Assembly: GCA_017654855.1 (NCBI GenBank)
Contig: CM030338.1
Coordinates: 1,488,001 to 1,552,000, forward strand
Reading direction: 5' to 3'
Length of the DNA stretch: 64,000 bases
From: Podospora anserina
Taxonomy: Eukaryota
This document shows, in pieces, positions 49,667 to 62,730 of the stretch. The translations under genes and the position numbers were made by a program. Within the stretch, counting starts at the first letter, position 1, and each line of letters opens with the position of its first letter. The notes under the pieces are model-generated. The model saw only the letters and a program-made list of their open reading frames with translations. It was not told the DNA's origin and did not search any database.

Positions 49667-51550
49667 AGTAGACGAATTAGTTAGGCGCACACACTACCGC
49701 ACTCATTCAATTGCGACTTAGCTGCACTACACTCAATTAAAGTACATGCAAGTGCAATAGGCTTTCCCAGTAGTAAAAAAGGCATTAATACAAACCACTT
49801 ATTATATACTTATGTGGTGGTGTCGTGCCTTTAATTCGAGAGTGTAGCCTCGGTGGTGAACTTCATGTTCGAAGTCCTAAATTTTGGAAGAAATTTGGAA
49901 GTACTGTCAAATTAGGCCTAGTTGGAAAGTAAGCTTTGGCCCATTTTGGGAGGGTGGTCAGGTGACCTAGCTTATAGAATATGTGGGGAGGTGGTTCGAG
50001 TTGCCAGTCAGTTAAAAAAGTCCGAAAAAAAGAAGTTCAGATCTCACTTTCAGAGATGTGTACGTACCTTCTAAATACTCCGTTACACAACCTCAATCGG
50101 CACGGATTTCGGGCATGGGGGGAACCGCCCTTCCAGCTTACCTTGCGTCAGAGACAAGTTAGGCGCCGCCGGCCTTGTGCATAACTTGCTCTTCTTCTCG
50201 ACTGGTACGTATCTGGCTTCTGCTCCTGTATGCAGGACCTCGGAGGTGAAAAGTCTTGGATCACCAAAAAGTCCACAGGGATAAGTTGGTACCCAGACAT
50301 CCTTAGCTCCCCCAAGACTTTTGGGCATCCCTCTTATTAGGCGAGAGCGAGAGAGAGAAAAGAAAAAGAGACTCGTGAATTAAAACTGATCATCTTGTCG
50401 GACTATGAGATATGCAGGCGAGCTTGGAATCTGCGCTACCTATACTACCATCCAAAAACAGGTGGGTATAAAACACCTTGCTATGTCTATCCCAAGCAGC
50501 TTCCTAAACATATACATGAGCTGGGTAAACAAACAGTGTACCATCCTACACCAGACCCAAAAGCAGCATATAGCTCGTCCCCCTATCCCGAGTACAATTG
50601 GTCGAGATCGACATCAAACCGGCCACCCCTGGAGCTACATCAAACACATGTGTGGTCGTCATTGTGCATATCAGTCCCCTACCTGGGAGAGGGGAAGAGG
50701 TGAGGGGGAGCTTCCCTCGGACGGGCCAACACGACAGCATTTCACATGTCACCTCACCCACCTCATCAGGCCATCTCACCAATTGCACGACCACCACAGC
50801 ATTACGTACCGTACCATACCAGCATCAGCATATCAAACTCCACACCGCCAGTAAGAATCACCTTCACCATATGTTCTATGCATATGGCTCGTACAAAACA
50901 ACCCAGTCATAATCTTCCTGTCACCAGCTACGTGTGTTACAATCATGATAACAACCATCTTGCTTTCAAATCCACATTGTATTAAAGATCGCTGTCCGAA
51001 GCTGGTACCATATAGTAGTAGCACCCTGCTTAATTCCCCAGAAACATACCACACAAGCCGAAAAGCCGCTTATCACCGCTCTCCATTCCTGCCGTGGCTC
51101 TTATCTCCAGGGAAACCGGCGATCCTCCAAACTACCTCGGGGTATACTCGGCCGCTGGCCAGTCTTGTCTTCCCTCGACCGGACTTTTCGGAGGCCCCCT
51201 TTTTCTTAAATGTTTCCCGCCGTTCCATACCGTCTACCCGCCGCGCGTTGTCATGGTATGTGCTGCATATCGTGCCTCCCTTTCAGGCAAAGAAAAAAAG
51301 AAAAAAAGCTTTCCATTTTGACGCCTGATATGCAATGCTGCAAACCACAGAAAAGGTACCTTGCGTGCGTTAATCCACCCCGCCCATCCAGCTCCTTGCT
51401 TTTGTCTTTCCGTTACCGTGCCCTACATAAATCCCCGGTGAGATGTACACAGCAGACTGGGTATCAGTATGACCCAATGGAGAAATATCCATTTTGTGTC
51501 ATTCCCATCTCAGCCGAAACCCCTGGTCCCTGCGGTGTGATATTGCTCCT

Positions 51551-53129
51551 TCATGCATAAGTGCGCGAGAGGTTGCGGAGATACCAATCAACGAGCTTGC
51601 GGCCCATCTTGGCCTCCGAGATATGGATAAGGTCCTGCATGATGAAGTCAGCATATGCCTTGTCTTGAGATGAACAACCAACAATAGATCAAAACTTACA
51701 CCTTGGAGAGCATAGTCGAGGTCGCTGGTGTTAACCCACTCGCCCTCCAAAAGAGCACCCTCGTTCCACCGGATCTGCTTGTTGCGCTGCTTGTTAACAA
51801 ACAGGATGGAACGGAGCTCCTCGGGCTTGACGTCGAGAAAACCAGCCAGCTTCTTGAGGTCCATGGTGGTGTAAAGACGGAGGTAAGACTTGATGGTGGG
51901 GTTGAACATGTTGGTCTTAACCTCCTCCATGAAGATGGAAAGGTGATGCTCAATGGGGTCGATGTTGCTCTCGGGGGCATCAAAGTTGGGAGGTACGGGA
52001 GAGATGAACTTGGGGCACGCAGTGCGGAAGAGCTCCTCGAAGACGGGGAGGGACTCGGGGCCGCCACGCTGGAGCTTCAGGAGCTGCTCGCCATACTTCT
52101 CACGGAGGGCTGTGTGGATGGTGTCATCCAGACGAGTGGGCTGGAAGGCAACGCAGATGGCGATGAGAGCGAGCATCTGGTCGCTCTTCTTGTTGATGTT
52201 ATCGTACTGCGCGTTCTTCTGGAAGTTCTTGGTCCTGGAGACGTAGATCAAGATGTGGCTGAACATGCGGAGAGCGTCGGCGTAGCGGCGCATCATCATG
52301 TAAGAGAAACCCACATAGTAGTATGTGGTGAAGTGGGCAGCCATGACACGGGCGAACATGGCCTTCTTGTTGAGCTCAATGTCGTCGAGAGTCTTAAGCG
52401 CGAGGCTGAAGTCACCGAGAAGGCAGTGGACCCGGAGGAGGCCAATGATCGAGAAGTAGCCCAACATCTTGTAAAGGGCCTTGGATCCGTAGGGACCGGC
52501 GACAAGGGCGGCATCCTCACCGCGCTTGGTAGCCTGGAGCTGTTCCTGGATCTGAGACTTCTGGATCAAGGAGTAGAGAACGTTGAGCACGCTGTAGCAA
52601 CCCCAGGTGTTTGGGTTCTCCTTGAGAAGCTGAGCCTCCTCCTCGTTGTTTCCCTGCCGCGCGATCCTCGCCCGGTATGTGGAGAATGTGTTGAACTGGT
52701 AAATGAATTCATCAATCACATCCCAGGCCCAGTAGTACTACCCTCAGTATCAACGTCAGCTTGTTGGCCCTCAACATGTAATCCACAACCCATTTCGGCT
52801 GAGGTATAGTGCAAACTGACCGATGGAGGCTCGAGATCGACGGGGCCTTCCGAATTAAGGATGTAGTGGAACAAGCTGCAGTAGTTGTCGTAGCTTGAGA
52901 ACTTGGCCTCGAGCGTCGCCTGATAATCCAAGGGCTGAGCGGCCTGGAGTAACCGGGCCTGGAGATCGTCGGCAGCCTGGGCAAGGGCAGCCTGGTCGAG
53001 GCCGTCCAAATCGTCGTCCTGTCCGTATTGGACCTGCTCCTGGTAGTCGGCGACGAGGGCCTCCTCCTCAACATCACTATCGTCCTCCATGGCCCGGATA
53101 GGGGCCATACCCTGCTGGAAGGCGCTCAT
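51551..53129 (-). CDS. Eukaryotic translation initiation factor 3 subunit L
   Basis: Introns 52738-52820 and 51635-51699. Motifs SYDNYCSLFHYILNS, WAWDVIDEFIYQF, LGYFSIIGLLRVHCLLGDF, YYVGFSYMMMRRYADA, CPKFISP, SYLRLYTTM. TGA at 51551-51553. Confidence 0.95.
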
Positions 53130-53911
53130 GATTTCGAACTCGTGATAGGCAAACTCGGAACTGTAAATCGACGGGTCGGTTTTGCGGGGGGTTCGTCGGG
53201 GCGGTGGTAGGGTCGCGGGTGGATGGACTGGTTTGTGGTGGTGGTGGCCGTCAGTCGCAAAAGACCCAGAAATGGTTTGCTGCCGGGGGTGGGGCTCAAT
53301 TTTTTGTGCTTGAGGGGCTGCCGTTGGACAAAGCGGTGAATTTTGATATGGCAGCTGCAGCGCCGGTTTAGGGTTTGGTGTGTAAGTAAGCAATTAAACA
53401 GTACTGGCAGAATTGTTGGTGGCTTTTAGCTGCATAAGCTCCGATTGGTGCATTTTTGTCGATCGCTTTGATGCAACTTTGATGAATCACTTTGAATCAA
53501 GCTGCACAGCATGAGCTTCGCCGCAGCGAAGAGTCATCGGTGTAATCTCAGGCCATTTTGACAATTATATAGCTTCCTTACGTCAACAACTTTAGAATGA
53601 AGATATCTCGAGCTCACATGTGCTTACAAACAGCTTGCCATTCAGTTCTTGGCCCCACCTGTGACAGACCGATTCTCCCAGTTTTCTGAAGGAGGGCTTG
53701 GTTTTGCCCCGCCAAATATTTTGGACCACTTATCTTATCGTCAATCCCACTTCCATCCCAGTTCGACCATCGAGGTGTTGGATTACGACGCATATATCAA
53801 CCTTCTGTTGTCACCCTTGATAGAAAAGTCTAGAGGTGCTCGTTGTTTATATTCAGAAAATACCAACCCTACCAACTGTACATTTCACACCCACCATCAC
53901 ACACATTCACC

Positions 53912-56900
53912 ATGCCGGTCGTTAGTCCCGAGAAGCTGGCAAAGCTCCAGCAAAACGCCGACGATGTTCGAAATGTATGTCATAGATCACATCTCTCTCA
54001 CACATGGGTGAACCTCACTGACGCCTCATAACAGATCTGCATTCTCGCGCATGTAGTAAGTTGATAAGTGAATTTTACACATATCAGCATCACCTGGACT
54101 GACAAGAGCTAGGATCACGGTAAAACCTCACTTACAGACGCTCTTCTTGCCACAAATGGCATCATTTCACCGAGATTGGCCGGCAAGATCCGCTACCTCG
54201 ATTCCCGTCCAGACGAACAACTGCGTGGTATCACCATGGAATCATCAGCCATTTCTCTCTATTTCTCCATGCTGAGAAGGTCAAGCCCAGAGGCTACCCC
54301 TGAGCCAAAAGAATATCTCATCAATCTCATAGACTCACCCGGGCACATCGATTTCAGCAGTGAGGTCTCGACGGCATCGCGACTATGCGATGGGGCTGTT
54401 GTTCTGGTGGACGCAGTAGAGGGTGTATGTAGTCAGACGGTCACAGTACTCAGACAAACGTGGATCGAGAAGTTGAAGCCATTACTCGTCATCAACAAAA
54501 TCGATCGCCTTATCACCGAGCTCAAGATGACGCCGAACGAAGCCTATATTCACCTCAGCAAACTACTAGAACAAGTCAACGCTGTTCTGGGTAGTTTCTT
54601 CCAAGGCGAGAGAATGGAGGAGGATCTGAACTGGAGAGAGAGAATGGAGGAGCGCCGAGCCCAGGCTGTGGCAAACAAGGAGGCCCAATTGGTGGACCAG
54701 CAAAGCGATGCCGGCGATTTACAGTTCCAAGAAAAGGACGACGAGGAGATCTATTTTGCCCCTGAAAAGAACAATGTCATCTTTGGCAGTGCCATCGATG
54801 GCTGGGCGTTCACAGTACGGCAATTCGCTGGCTTGTATGAGAAAAAGCTCGGCATCAAGCGCAGCCTCCTTGAAAAGGTCCTTTGGGGCAATTTTTACCT
54901 CGACCCGAAGACCAGGAAGGTTCTCGGGCCAAAACATCTGAAAGGCAGAAACTTGAAGCCTATCTTTGTTCAATTGGTGCTCGAGACTATATGGGCTGTC
55001 TACGGGGCCACCGTGGGTGGTGACCACGGAAAGGGGGATCCAGCTATGCTGGAAAAGATCACAAAGTCTTTGAACATCACCATGCCACCTCATATTCTGC
55101 GCTCCCGCGACCCGAAGTTACTTCTTACCACCGTCTTCGCGTCCTGGCTTCCACTCTCGGTGGCACTCCTGGTTTCAGTTGTTGAGTCGCTACCTTCGCC
55201 CAGAACCGCCCAAGCCGAACGTCTTCCAGAATTGCTGCAAGAAGTGCCTGGTGCGGACCAAATCGATCCTGCCATCAAGGAAGCCATGGTCTCATTCAAA
55301 AAGGAGAAGTCAGACCCCATGGTGGCGTACGTGAGCAAGATGGTGTCAGTCAAGGAGAGCGAATTGCCAGAAAACAGAAGAAAGGGGCCAATGAATGGCG
55401 AGGAAGCCCGAGATCTTGCGAGAAAGAAACGCGCCGAGGCACTCCGTGCACAGAAAGAGGCGAGAGGCGACAGAGAGGATGATGACGTTCAATTCATCAC
55501 GGATGGACTTGCAAGCGCCTCTCTTGAGACCCAGACACCAGAAGAGGAGGAAAAGCCTGCCGAGACCGAGCATTTGATTGGTTTCTCTCGTATCTACTCC
55601 GGAACCCTCTCTGTCGGTGACGAAGTTTACGTCTTGCCACCAAAGTTTTCGCCAGCCAATCCGCTTGCTGAGCCAGTTCCCAAGAAAGTTAAGGTTGAGG
55701 CACTCTACATGATGATGGGCCGCAATCTTGAGCTCCTGGACACAGTCCCGGCTGGTGTGGTCTTTGGCATCCGTGGGCTCGAGGGTAGCGGCCTGCTCAA
55801 GTCTGGCACAATATGCAGCCAACTCGAGGGATCTGTCAACCTTGCTGGTATAGCAAACCTGCACGGCAAACCCATCGTCCGTGTTGCTCTTGAGCCGGAG
55901 AATCCATCCGACTTGGACAAGATGATCAAGGGTCTCCAACTGCTTGTGCAGAGTGACCCTTGCGCCGAGTATGAACAATTTTCTACCGGTGAGCACGTCT
56001 TGTTGACTGCCGGTGAACTGCACCTGGAACGCTGCTTGACCGATCTCAGGGAACGCTTTGCCCGCTGCGAGATCCAGGCCAGTGCCCCTATCGTGCCCTA
56101 CCGTGAGACAATCGTCCGCGCAGAGGAGATGCGTCCTCCGGTCAACAAGGATCTCGGTCGTGGTGTTGTCGTTGGTGTTACCAGCTCCAAGCAAGTCACC
56201 ATCACTCTTCGCGTGAGGCCACTTCCAGCGGAGGTCACCGACTTCCTAGGCAAGAATACCGCCAGTATCAAGACTCTTTACTCAGGCCAGAAGAATGGTG
56301 ACGATGAAGGCTCCGTAGCCCAAGATGATTCGTCCGAAGCAGATGCCGTAGAGGACAACGACCTCACTATCACCAAGGCTCTTACCGCAGAGGAGCTGTC
56401 CAAGGAACTTCAATCCACCCTTGACAAGAGCGAAAAGGCCCGCGACGCCTCCATCTGGAAGGACGCCGTGGATCGCATCATCTCTTTCGGCCCCAGGCGC
56501 ACAGGCCCGAACATTCTCATCGACGCGACCAAAGACCAGTTCTTCCCCAAGGCCTTTGCCGCTGACAAGGAGGCTGTTGCCAGGGCCGTCAAGATTTCTG
56601 GTGATGAATCCCTCGACGCCCGCCACTTCAGCGACAAGATCGCCTACGCCTTTCAGCTCGCCACCCATCACGGACCCCTCTGCCACGAGCCAGTCCAGGG
56701 CATTGCTGTGTTCATTGAGGATGTCTCTGTCAACATTGAGGGCAACGTCACCGCTCGTGACCACATCAACCGTCTCACTGGCGAAGTGATCAAGACTGTA
56801 CAGCAATCCATTCACAAGGGCTTCCTGGATTGGTCACCCCGTCTAATGCTGGCCATGTATTCTGTTGAGATCCAAGCAGGCAGTATGTTTTCCCTCCTCT

Positions 56901-57329
56901 CCCTCTTCCCCCTTTAACTTGGTATACTAACCTCCCTTTCCTTCAGCCGAAGTCCTAGGCCGCGTCTACGACGTCCTCACCCGCCGTCGCGGCAAGGTCC
57001 AATCCGAAGCCATGAACGAGGGCACGCCCTTCTTCACCATCGTCGCCACCTTGCCCGTTGCGGAATCTTTCGGTTTCGCGGATGACATGCGCAAGCGCAC
57101 ATCTGGTGCTGCCCAGCCTCAGCTTATTTTCACTGGCTTTGAGATTCTGGACGAGGACCCGTTCTGGGTGCCGTTTACAGAGGATGATCTGGAGGATCTG
57201 GGCGAGTTTGGTGACAAGGAGATCGTGGCGAAGAGGTATATGGATGGGGTGAGGAGGAGGAAGGGGTTGTTGGTGGAGGGGCGGAATGTGGCTACTGATG
57301 CTTCGAAGCAGAGGACTCTGAAGAGGTAA
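53912..57329 (+). CDS. RIA1: Ribosome biogenesis GTPase Ria1/Efl1 (EF-2-like)
   Basis: RNICILAHVDHGKTSLTD across introns 53975-54034 and 54056-54112, then RYLDSRPDEQLRGITMESS, DSPGHIDFSSEV, NKID, GELHLERCL. Last intron 56883-56946. Ends ..ASKQRTLKR*. Confidence 0.96.
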
Positions 57330-57597
57330 AGGTGATAGAATAGGGGTAGAAGACACAAGATTGGTGAGCAAAAAGAGACAATATTGTGCCCCAAATGCCG
57401 TGGCCATCTCTTCTCAGGCCGGAAACAAGGCCAAAGTATCATAGGTTCATTTCATCTATTATCATATTATTAATGATGCTAAATATTCCGCTCTGTCACG
57501 CACTGCCCTTCCTCCTCCCATTGCCCCTTGCTTTCCTCCCATGCAAACATGAAAAAGCGAATGTACAAGTCCAACCTTTCGACCAGACCAGACCCAA

Positions 57598-57628
57598 GCA
57601 GCCAGCCAGCAGCAGCAGCAGCAGCAGC
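57598..57628. repeat. (CAG)n-type microsatellite between convergent RIA1 and ceramide synthase genes
   Basis: gcagcagcagcag run visible directly. Confidence 0.8.
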
Positions 57629-57964
57629 ACAACGCCCCAACCCCATTGCTTGCTAAAACCCCCAAAATAGTACAAAAAAACGAACGACATATATATACTT
57701 GCAATAATTTTTTTACGCATCCGCCTACCAACCACCCACCCCCCAACCCCAACCCCGACCACTCTATACCATAAACCCTGCCTGGTTTTCCATGATCCAT
57801 CCCTTCCAGTCGTCATGCCCATTTCATCCATCATTTGCTGGCTTGATTCTTCTCAAAAGAAAAAAAAAGAGACAAGACAAAGATTATTAAAAGATGTAAA
57901 AACCCACTCCCTTTACTTTCCCATCCCCTCTCGAATCGAACAAAAACCACTTTTCTCACTCCCC

Positions 57965-59337
57965 TCACTTCTTCTTCCCGTTCTGCTGCTCCCCCTCATC
58001 CCCACTCCCCTCATCCTCACTCCTATCATCACTCGCCTCCCGATCCCTCACAAACCTATACGCAATCCTCACAATGAAAAACAACCAAAACAGATTCAGC
58101 GCCTGCAAGCTCCCCAGCAAACCCCCCGTGATCCAAAACGCCAAGTCACACTTGTAGCTGCCCCCCTCCCAGTCCATGACATACGGCCCGACAGTCTTGA
58201 ACTCATTAAACAAGCTAACCAAGATCTTCAAGTTCAAAAAATGCCTCAGGTAGATCCAAGAGCACATAAACAAGAAATAGTACGGTCCCGTGATCGGATG
58301 GTCGACATAATTCAGCGATTTGGAAGTGGCGAGGAAAAAGTCCGAAATGTCGTGCGTGATGTACACCGCAAGCCCCATATACGTAAAGTGAAACCTGTAG
58401 CTCAGACCGATGAGCGCAAGCGAGACGATATGGTGGCCGACTAGCTCCTTAAAGTCCTTTCGTGGCTTCTCCATCCCAAGCAACAACACAATCGCCTGCT
58501 GGGCCCAGTACGCCGCCTGGAAGAGATAATAAAATTTAAACGCCCCGTCGTGCGTCTTGTGCGGGTAACCTTCGTACATCCCCACGACATCAAAGTACCA
58601 GATTGGCGTCCTCGACATGACCCACATGCCACACGGGCCCATGATGCCAAAGTAGAGCGCCGTGTACATCTGCTCCATGTATCTCGCCTGCTTCCCCCTC
58701 GACTTGAGCCCGACCCAGCGGGAGAGCGGGCGGAGGACCTCCTGCATGATGAACTCGCGCGTGAAGGAGAGGACGACGGTGTAAAAGGTCACAAAGGCGA
58801 TGTCCCAGAGCCCCTTGCCGTACTGGACGTGGGTCGCCCCCGGGGTTTCCGACAGGGGGAGTCTGTACGACAGGAACAAAAAGTGGGAGAGGGGGTTGGA
58901 GGAGGTAGGGTTGATTGCGTAGCCGAGGAGGAAGCAAGACAACAGGAACAAGGGGAGGACCCAAGTGTGTTTTACGCACGTGTGCTTGACTCGGCGGAGG
59001 AGGGTGCGGGCTTTGCGGCGTTTGGAGGTGCGTTTTGTTGATGGGGGGGAGGGGGGTTCCTGAATGGGAACAGACACATCGTGAGTTAGTTTTGGTGTGG
59101 TGGTGTTTACTTTCGAAGCGGTCAGGAGAGAGCGAGCGATAAGAAAACACATACATTGGAGTGGGCTCCCTGGATGTGCGCAATGCTCGTAGCAAGCGAC
59201 GGCGAGCCGGTGTCGCCCACTTTCAAGTCATCTCCCAAGATGCTCGCCTTTCTCGTCCTCCTTCGCGTCGCCGTCGCGCTCTCGGTGGTGGTGGTGGTGC
59301 CGGGCAGAGGCGGGAAGGGCTCTGATCCCGTCTCCAT
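57965..59337 (-). CDS. LAC1: Ceramide synthase (TLC domain, Lag1/Lac1 family)
   Basis: ATG 59337, intron 59060-59154. Lag1 motif RKDFKELVGHHIVSLALIGLSY..HDISDFFLATSKSLNY, WIYLRH and C-terminal DDRSEDE. Family is secure; LAG1 versus LAC1 naming is not. Confidence 0.9.
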
Positions 59338-60447
59338 CTTTGGTGGTTTTAGGTAAGGAAAGCTGTTCAGTTCTGTGTCGTAGGGCGCCACAACGCGGCC
59401 GTTTTAATTGTTCGTTCGTTCGCCGGTTTGTGTCTCGGGTTGGGCAAGGAAGAAGAAAAAAAAAGGTTTGGAATTGTCGGAGTCGGAGGCAAACAGCTCT
59501 CGAGCCAGCCAGCACAGCGCGCGGACTTGATTTCCGAGGGACTGGATGAGACGGGGGTTCCAAAAACTGCAGGGTTCCCGCAGAAAAAAAAGGCTTCGAT
59601 TAGGTAATGGATCCCTGCTTGTGCCTGCTGACACTTCCAGACGCCGCCTCTAAGAAAAGTGGTTGCAGGTAGGTATGCGTGTAGGGACTGGCACTGGCTG
59701 TAAAGACCCAAATCCCCTTTGTTGATTGTTGACTTCAAGGATAAATAAAGTGGTCAAATCAGTTCAAAACGCCGTGTCGCACAGCACGAACGAACTGACG
59801 GTGTTAAAAGTACACTGTGTAGTCGACGGGTCCGCGTTTGGAGAAACGGCCAATCGACGACGGACAACAACTGAACCCCTGATTTTAGGGGACCGAGACC
59901 CACAGGTCAAGTGCGAGCCCCTTTTTCTGGAAGCCAGCTGCCGTTCTCGACCGAGTCTTTGGATACAATGCTGACTGCTGTGTTAACAACCAAAAGTGTT
60001 ATGAGAATCTAGAGCGTAGTAAGATCGTGCAACACAAGCTGACAGACCAGACACATGGAAGCGGCATGGATGGCAGAAATAACCGTACTTGATTTTCCTT
60101 CACCAAAACCTCCCGTACAAGCTAAACGATAGATCTGACACCTTGCTGTAGCAGATCACATAACCACTGCTTTTCCCCCCGAAATAAATCACGTCCCAAC
60201 TAAATAGACGAGAACGTAAGACTACTACTCGTGGTGTGATTCAAAATCCAAAACACTGTCGATATATCGACATCCCATGAGACCATCACTTTTTGTGGCA
60301 TCCAAAAGCCCAATGAAACAAAACCCTCCGAAAACCCCCTTGAAAATGCTCCGTGAAATAATATGCGCGCCTGCTATGCCCATAAAAATACACAACCACA
60401 GCCAAAACAATCGCCCGGTATCTTTTTCTGGTCACGTGTATAAACCT

Positions 60448-62730
60448 TCATGAAGGAGCGCGGCCACCAGAATCAGGACCAGTATCTGGGCCTGGTGTGG
60501 AATCAGAGTCCTGTGATGGGCCCCCTCCTTCAGGCCCTCCCAAATGTCGACCAGAGGAAGGCTCTGTAGGTCTCACCGTGTCCGCAAATGATATCTGAGT
60601 GCCACTCGGGGTAACTTGAGGTCTCGAACTTGTCAAGATCGAAGCCGAACGACCAACCAGCGTAGTAGGTGACGAATCATTGGTTGGTGACCTCAGATCC
60701 GAGACTGCACGAACTGGGGTTGTCGCTCGTTGGTATTGAAGCTCCTCATCTTCCAACAGTTGGGCGAGAGCAGCCCCTCGGCGAGGTGGTGCTGGAATGA
60801 CCGTCACAGGCAGACTATCCGTGTCTGGAGCTGGCCGGAACTTCTCCCGCAACCGCTCAGCCTGATTTGCTGTGAACTCTTCAAATCGGCCGCGGATGTC
60901 CCACTTCCCTTCCTCTCTTGGTGACTTCTTCTCCTCAGACGAGACGGCATTCTCCTCATCACTCCGCCGACTTCGCTTAAAAGAGAAGCTCGGTGTGAGG
61001 GTCTGCCATCTGCTGGACCCACCTCCCTGTGGCCCTTGGCCTTCATCTGCTGGTCTCCGGGGTGGTTCAGTCCGATGGGTGCTTCTACCATCGCTACTTC
61101 GGCTTGACGATGTGCTGGCTGTGCGTGATAGGGCACTTGTGTTGTGTGGCGGCGGCGGTGTGGCTTGCGATGCCGAGTCTGTGTTTTGGTGGTAACGAAC
61201 TGCGTACACCGTGCTCGCAGCGCTCGCAGTGTCTGTCCGACTGATGGGTGTTGCTGCCGGCGCTGGTCTTGCTGGCCAAAGCGGTGGTTGCAAAGATCGT
61301 ACTCGGTCATGATCCGATGGCTGTGGTGTCGTTTGCGTTGTTGTTTGGTCAGCTGGATCTTGATCCTTCTTTGGTCTCAGCCGAGACCTGTACTTGGCCT
61401 TCATGGCGATTACCGAGGGCCATGTATTTCCTCGCTCTCCTTGGGTGGCTGCTTTTTCCTTTGGTGGATTCTCGACGTACATCTCCTTATCCCCGTCATC
61501 ACTGCCACTCCCTTTTCTTCTGCGGCGAGCACGACCGTCAGAAGTCGTGACATCGAGCATCTCGTCTCCGTCAAACACCTCTCTTCCGAGAATACCGTCT
61601 CGTTTCTCTTCCCGTTCCAAAGCTTCGATTCTTTCCACCCACTCCCAGACAACCACACTAGCGGCAGCCGCTCCCACCCATCTGACGTACTCCCCCCAGC
61701 CGGTGAAGTCTGGCTTTGCTATATCCAGAATAAAAAAGACCACGGGAATAAGTACCGACATCAATGACAGGGCTGCCATGAGACACATGTTCTTCATCTG
61801 CGGATGATAGAAGGCATATCGCTTCTTCATCAGTGAGTAGTAAACCACCCAGGCGGCATACAACACCCCGAGAGCAAGCGTGAAGAGGTAGCTGAGTGCT
61901 GGGATGGCATCGGAAAAGGAGCCGGGCCGGTTCGAGCCCGTCTGGTCTGTATATCGAAAGCTGTTGAGAGATTGGAAGATGACGTCGAGCGTGATTAGCG
62001 CAAAGGCGGTCCACTTGATGATCACCTTTTCTCGCTGGCGGGGAAAGAGGCGGATGAGAGTTTGGGCTTGTGCAAGCCACAGAAACGTGTTGGAGACAAT
62101 TCGGATTGCTTTTAGCTCGTTGCCACCCAAAACCTCCTCCTGTAACGCCTTCGCATTCTGAATCTGATAAATATATTGCTCCTCAGCAGCCTGAAAGGTC
62201 GCAGCAGACGCAATGGTGAGTGAGATAACGACAGACAGAGCCGCCACTTTTTGGAACCACGGTCTGCCTCCAATCGTCGGCCCCGAGCCGCTGTGAGTGA
62301 ATCCTCGTCGACCAAGAACAACAACTCCACCATCCAGGAAAGATCGTGGCGTGACGAATAACATGATAACAAGCATATACGCAACTACTGTCGTCGCCGC
62401 AAGCGCATAGCACTGAGGAAAGGTTGACGCATAAAAGGGATCGCGGAAGTCGGAATATGTCCATCCATCGTCGTCCGGCATTGCCCCTACATTCGGATCG
62501 AGCTCGACTGAACCACCGCCAGCGTTGGCAATGATGGCTGGTGGAGTGACTGGTGTGCATAGTGGCCGGAAAGCGGCCGAGGCTGTGAGGGTAACAACAT
62601 CGCCATTTGGCATGGACAGAATACCGCCGACCGGGAGATTGAGAGCACCGCAATTGCGACCTTTGGATACTAACGGCGCGTCGGTGGGCACGGGGCCCGC
62701 GTTACCGGGAAATAGCTGCCGGGCTTCCAT
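60448..62730 (-). CDS. palH: Ambient pH sensor, 7-TM protein PalH/Rim21
   Basis: 760 aa with DFRDPFYASTFPQCYAL, GRPWFQKVAAL, FLWLAQAQTLIRLFPRQREK, VVWEWVERIEALERE and a long cytoplasmic tail. Confidence 0.95.
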   Translation of the reverse strand: MEARQLFPGNAGPVPTDAPLVSKGRNCGALNLPVGGILSMPNGDVVTLTASAAFRPLCTPVTPPAIIANAGGGSVELDPNVGAMPDDDGWTYSDFRDPFYASTFPQCYALAATTVVAYMLVIMLFVTPRSFLDGGVVVLGRRGFTHSGSGPTIGGRPWFQKVAALSVVISLTIASAATFQAAEEQYIYQIQNAKALQEEVLGGNELKAIRIVSNTFLWLAQAQTLIRLFPRQREKVIIKWTAFALITLDVIFQSLNSFRYTDQTGSNRPGSFSDAIPALSYLFTLALGVLYAAWVVYYSLMKKRYAFYHPQMKNMCLMAALSLMSVLIPVVFFILDIAKPDFTGWGEYVRWVGAAAASVVVWEWVERIEALEREEKRDGILGREVFDGDEMLDVTTSDGRARRRRKGSGSDDGDKEMYVENPPKEKAATQGERGNTWPSVIAMKAKYRSRLRPKKDQDPADQTTTQTTPQPSDHDRVRSLQPPLWPARPAPAATPISRTDTASAASTVYAVRYHQNTDSASQATPPPPHNTSALSRTASTSSSRSSDGRSTHRTEPPRRPADEGQGPQGGGSSRWQTLTPSFSFKRSRRSDEENAVSSEEKKSPREEGKWDIRGRFEEFTANQAERLREKFRPAPDTDSLPVTVIPAPPRRGAALAQLLEDEELQYQRATTPVRAVSDLRSPTNDSSPTTLVGRSASILTSSRPQVTPSGTQISFADTVRPTEPSSGRHLGGPEGGGPSQDSDSTPGPDTGPDSGGRAPS

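Noticed and set aside
49840-50010. B-box-like GTTCGA motifs suggesting tRNA genes
   Set aside because: No acceptor or T stems could be formed around them.
50395-51328. Cluster of 80-150 aa ORFs in the large intergenic region
   Set aside because: No motifs, coherent splice structure or codon bias; probably non-coding.
51703-52809. 368-aa plus-strand ORF antisense to eIF3L
   Set aside because: Mirror-frame ORF expected from strong codon bias of a highly expressed gene. No recognisable motifs.
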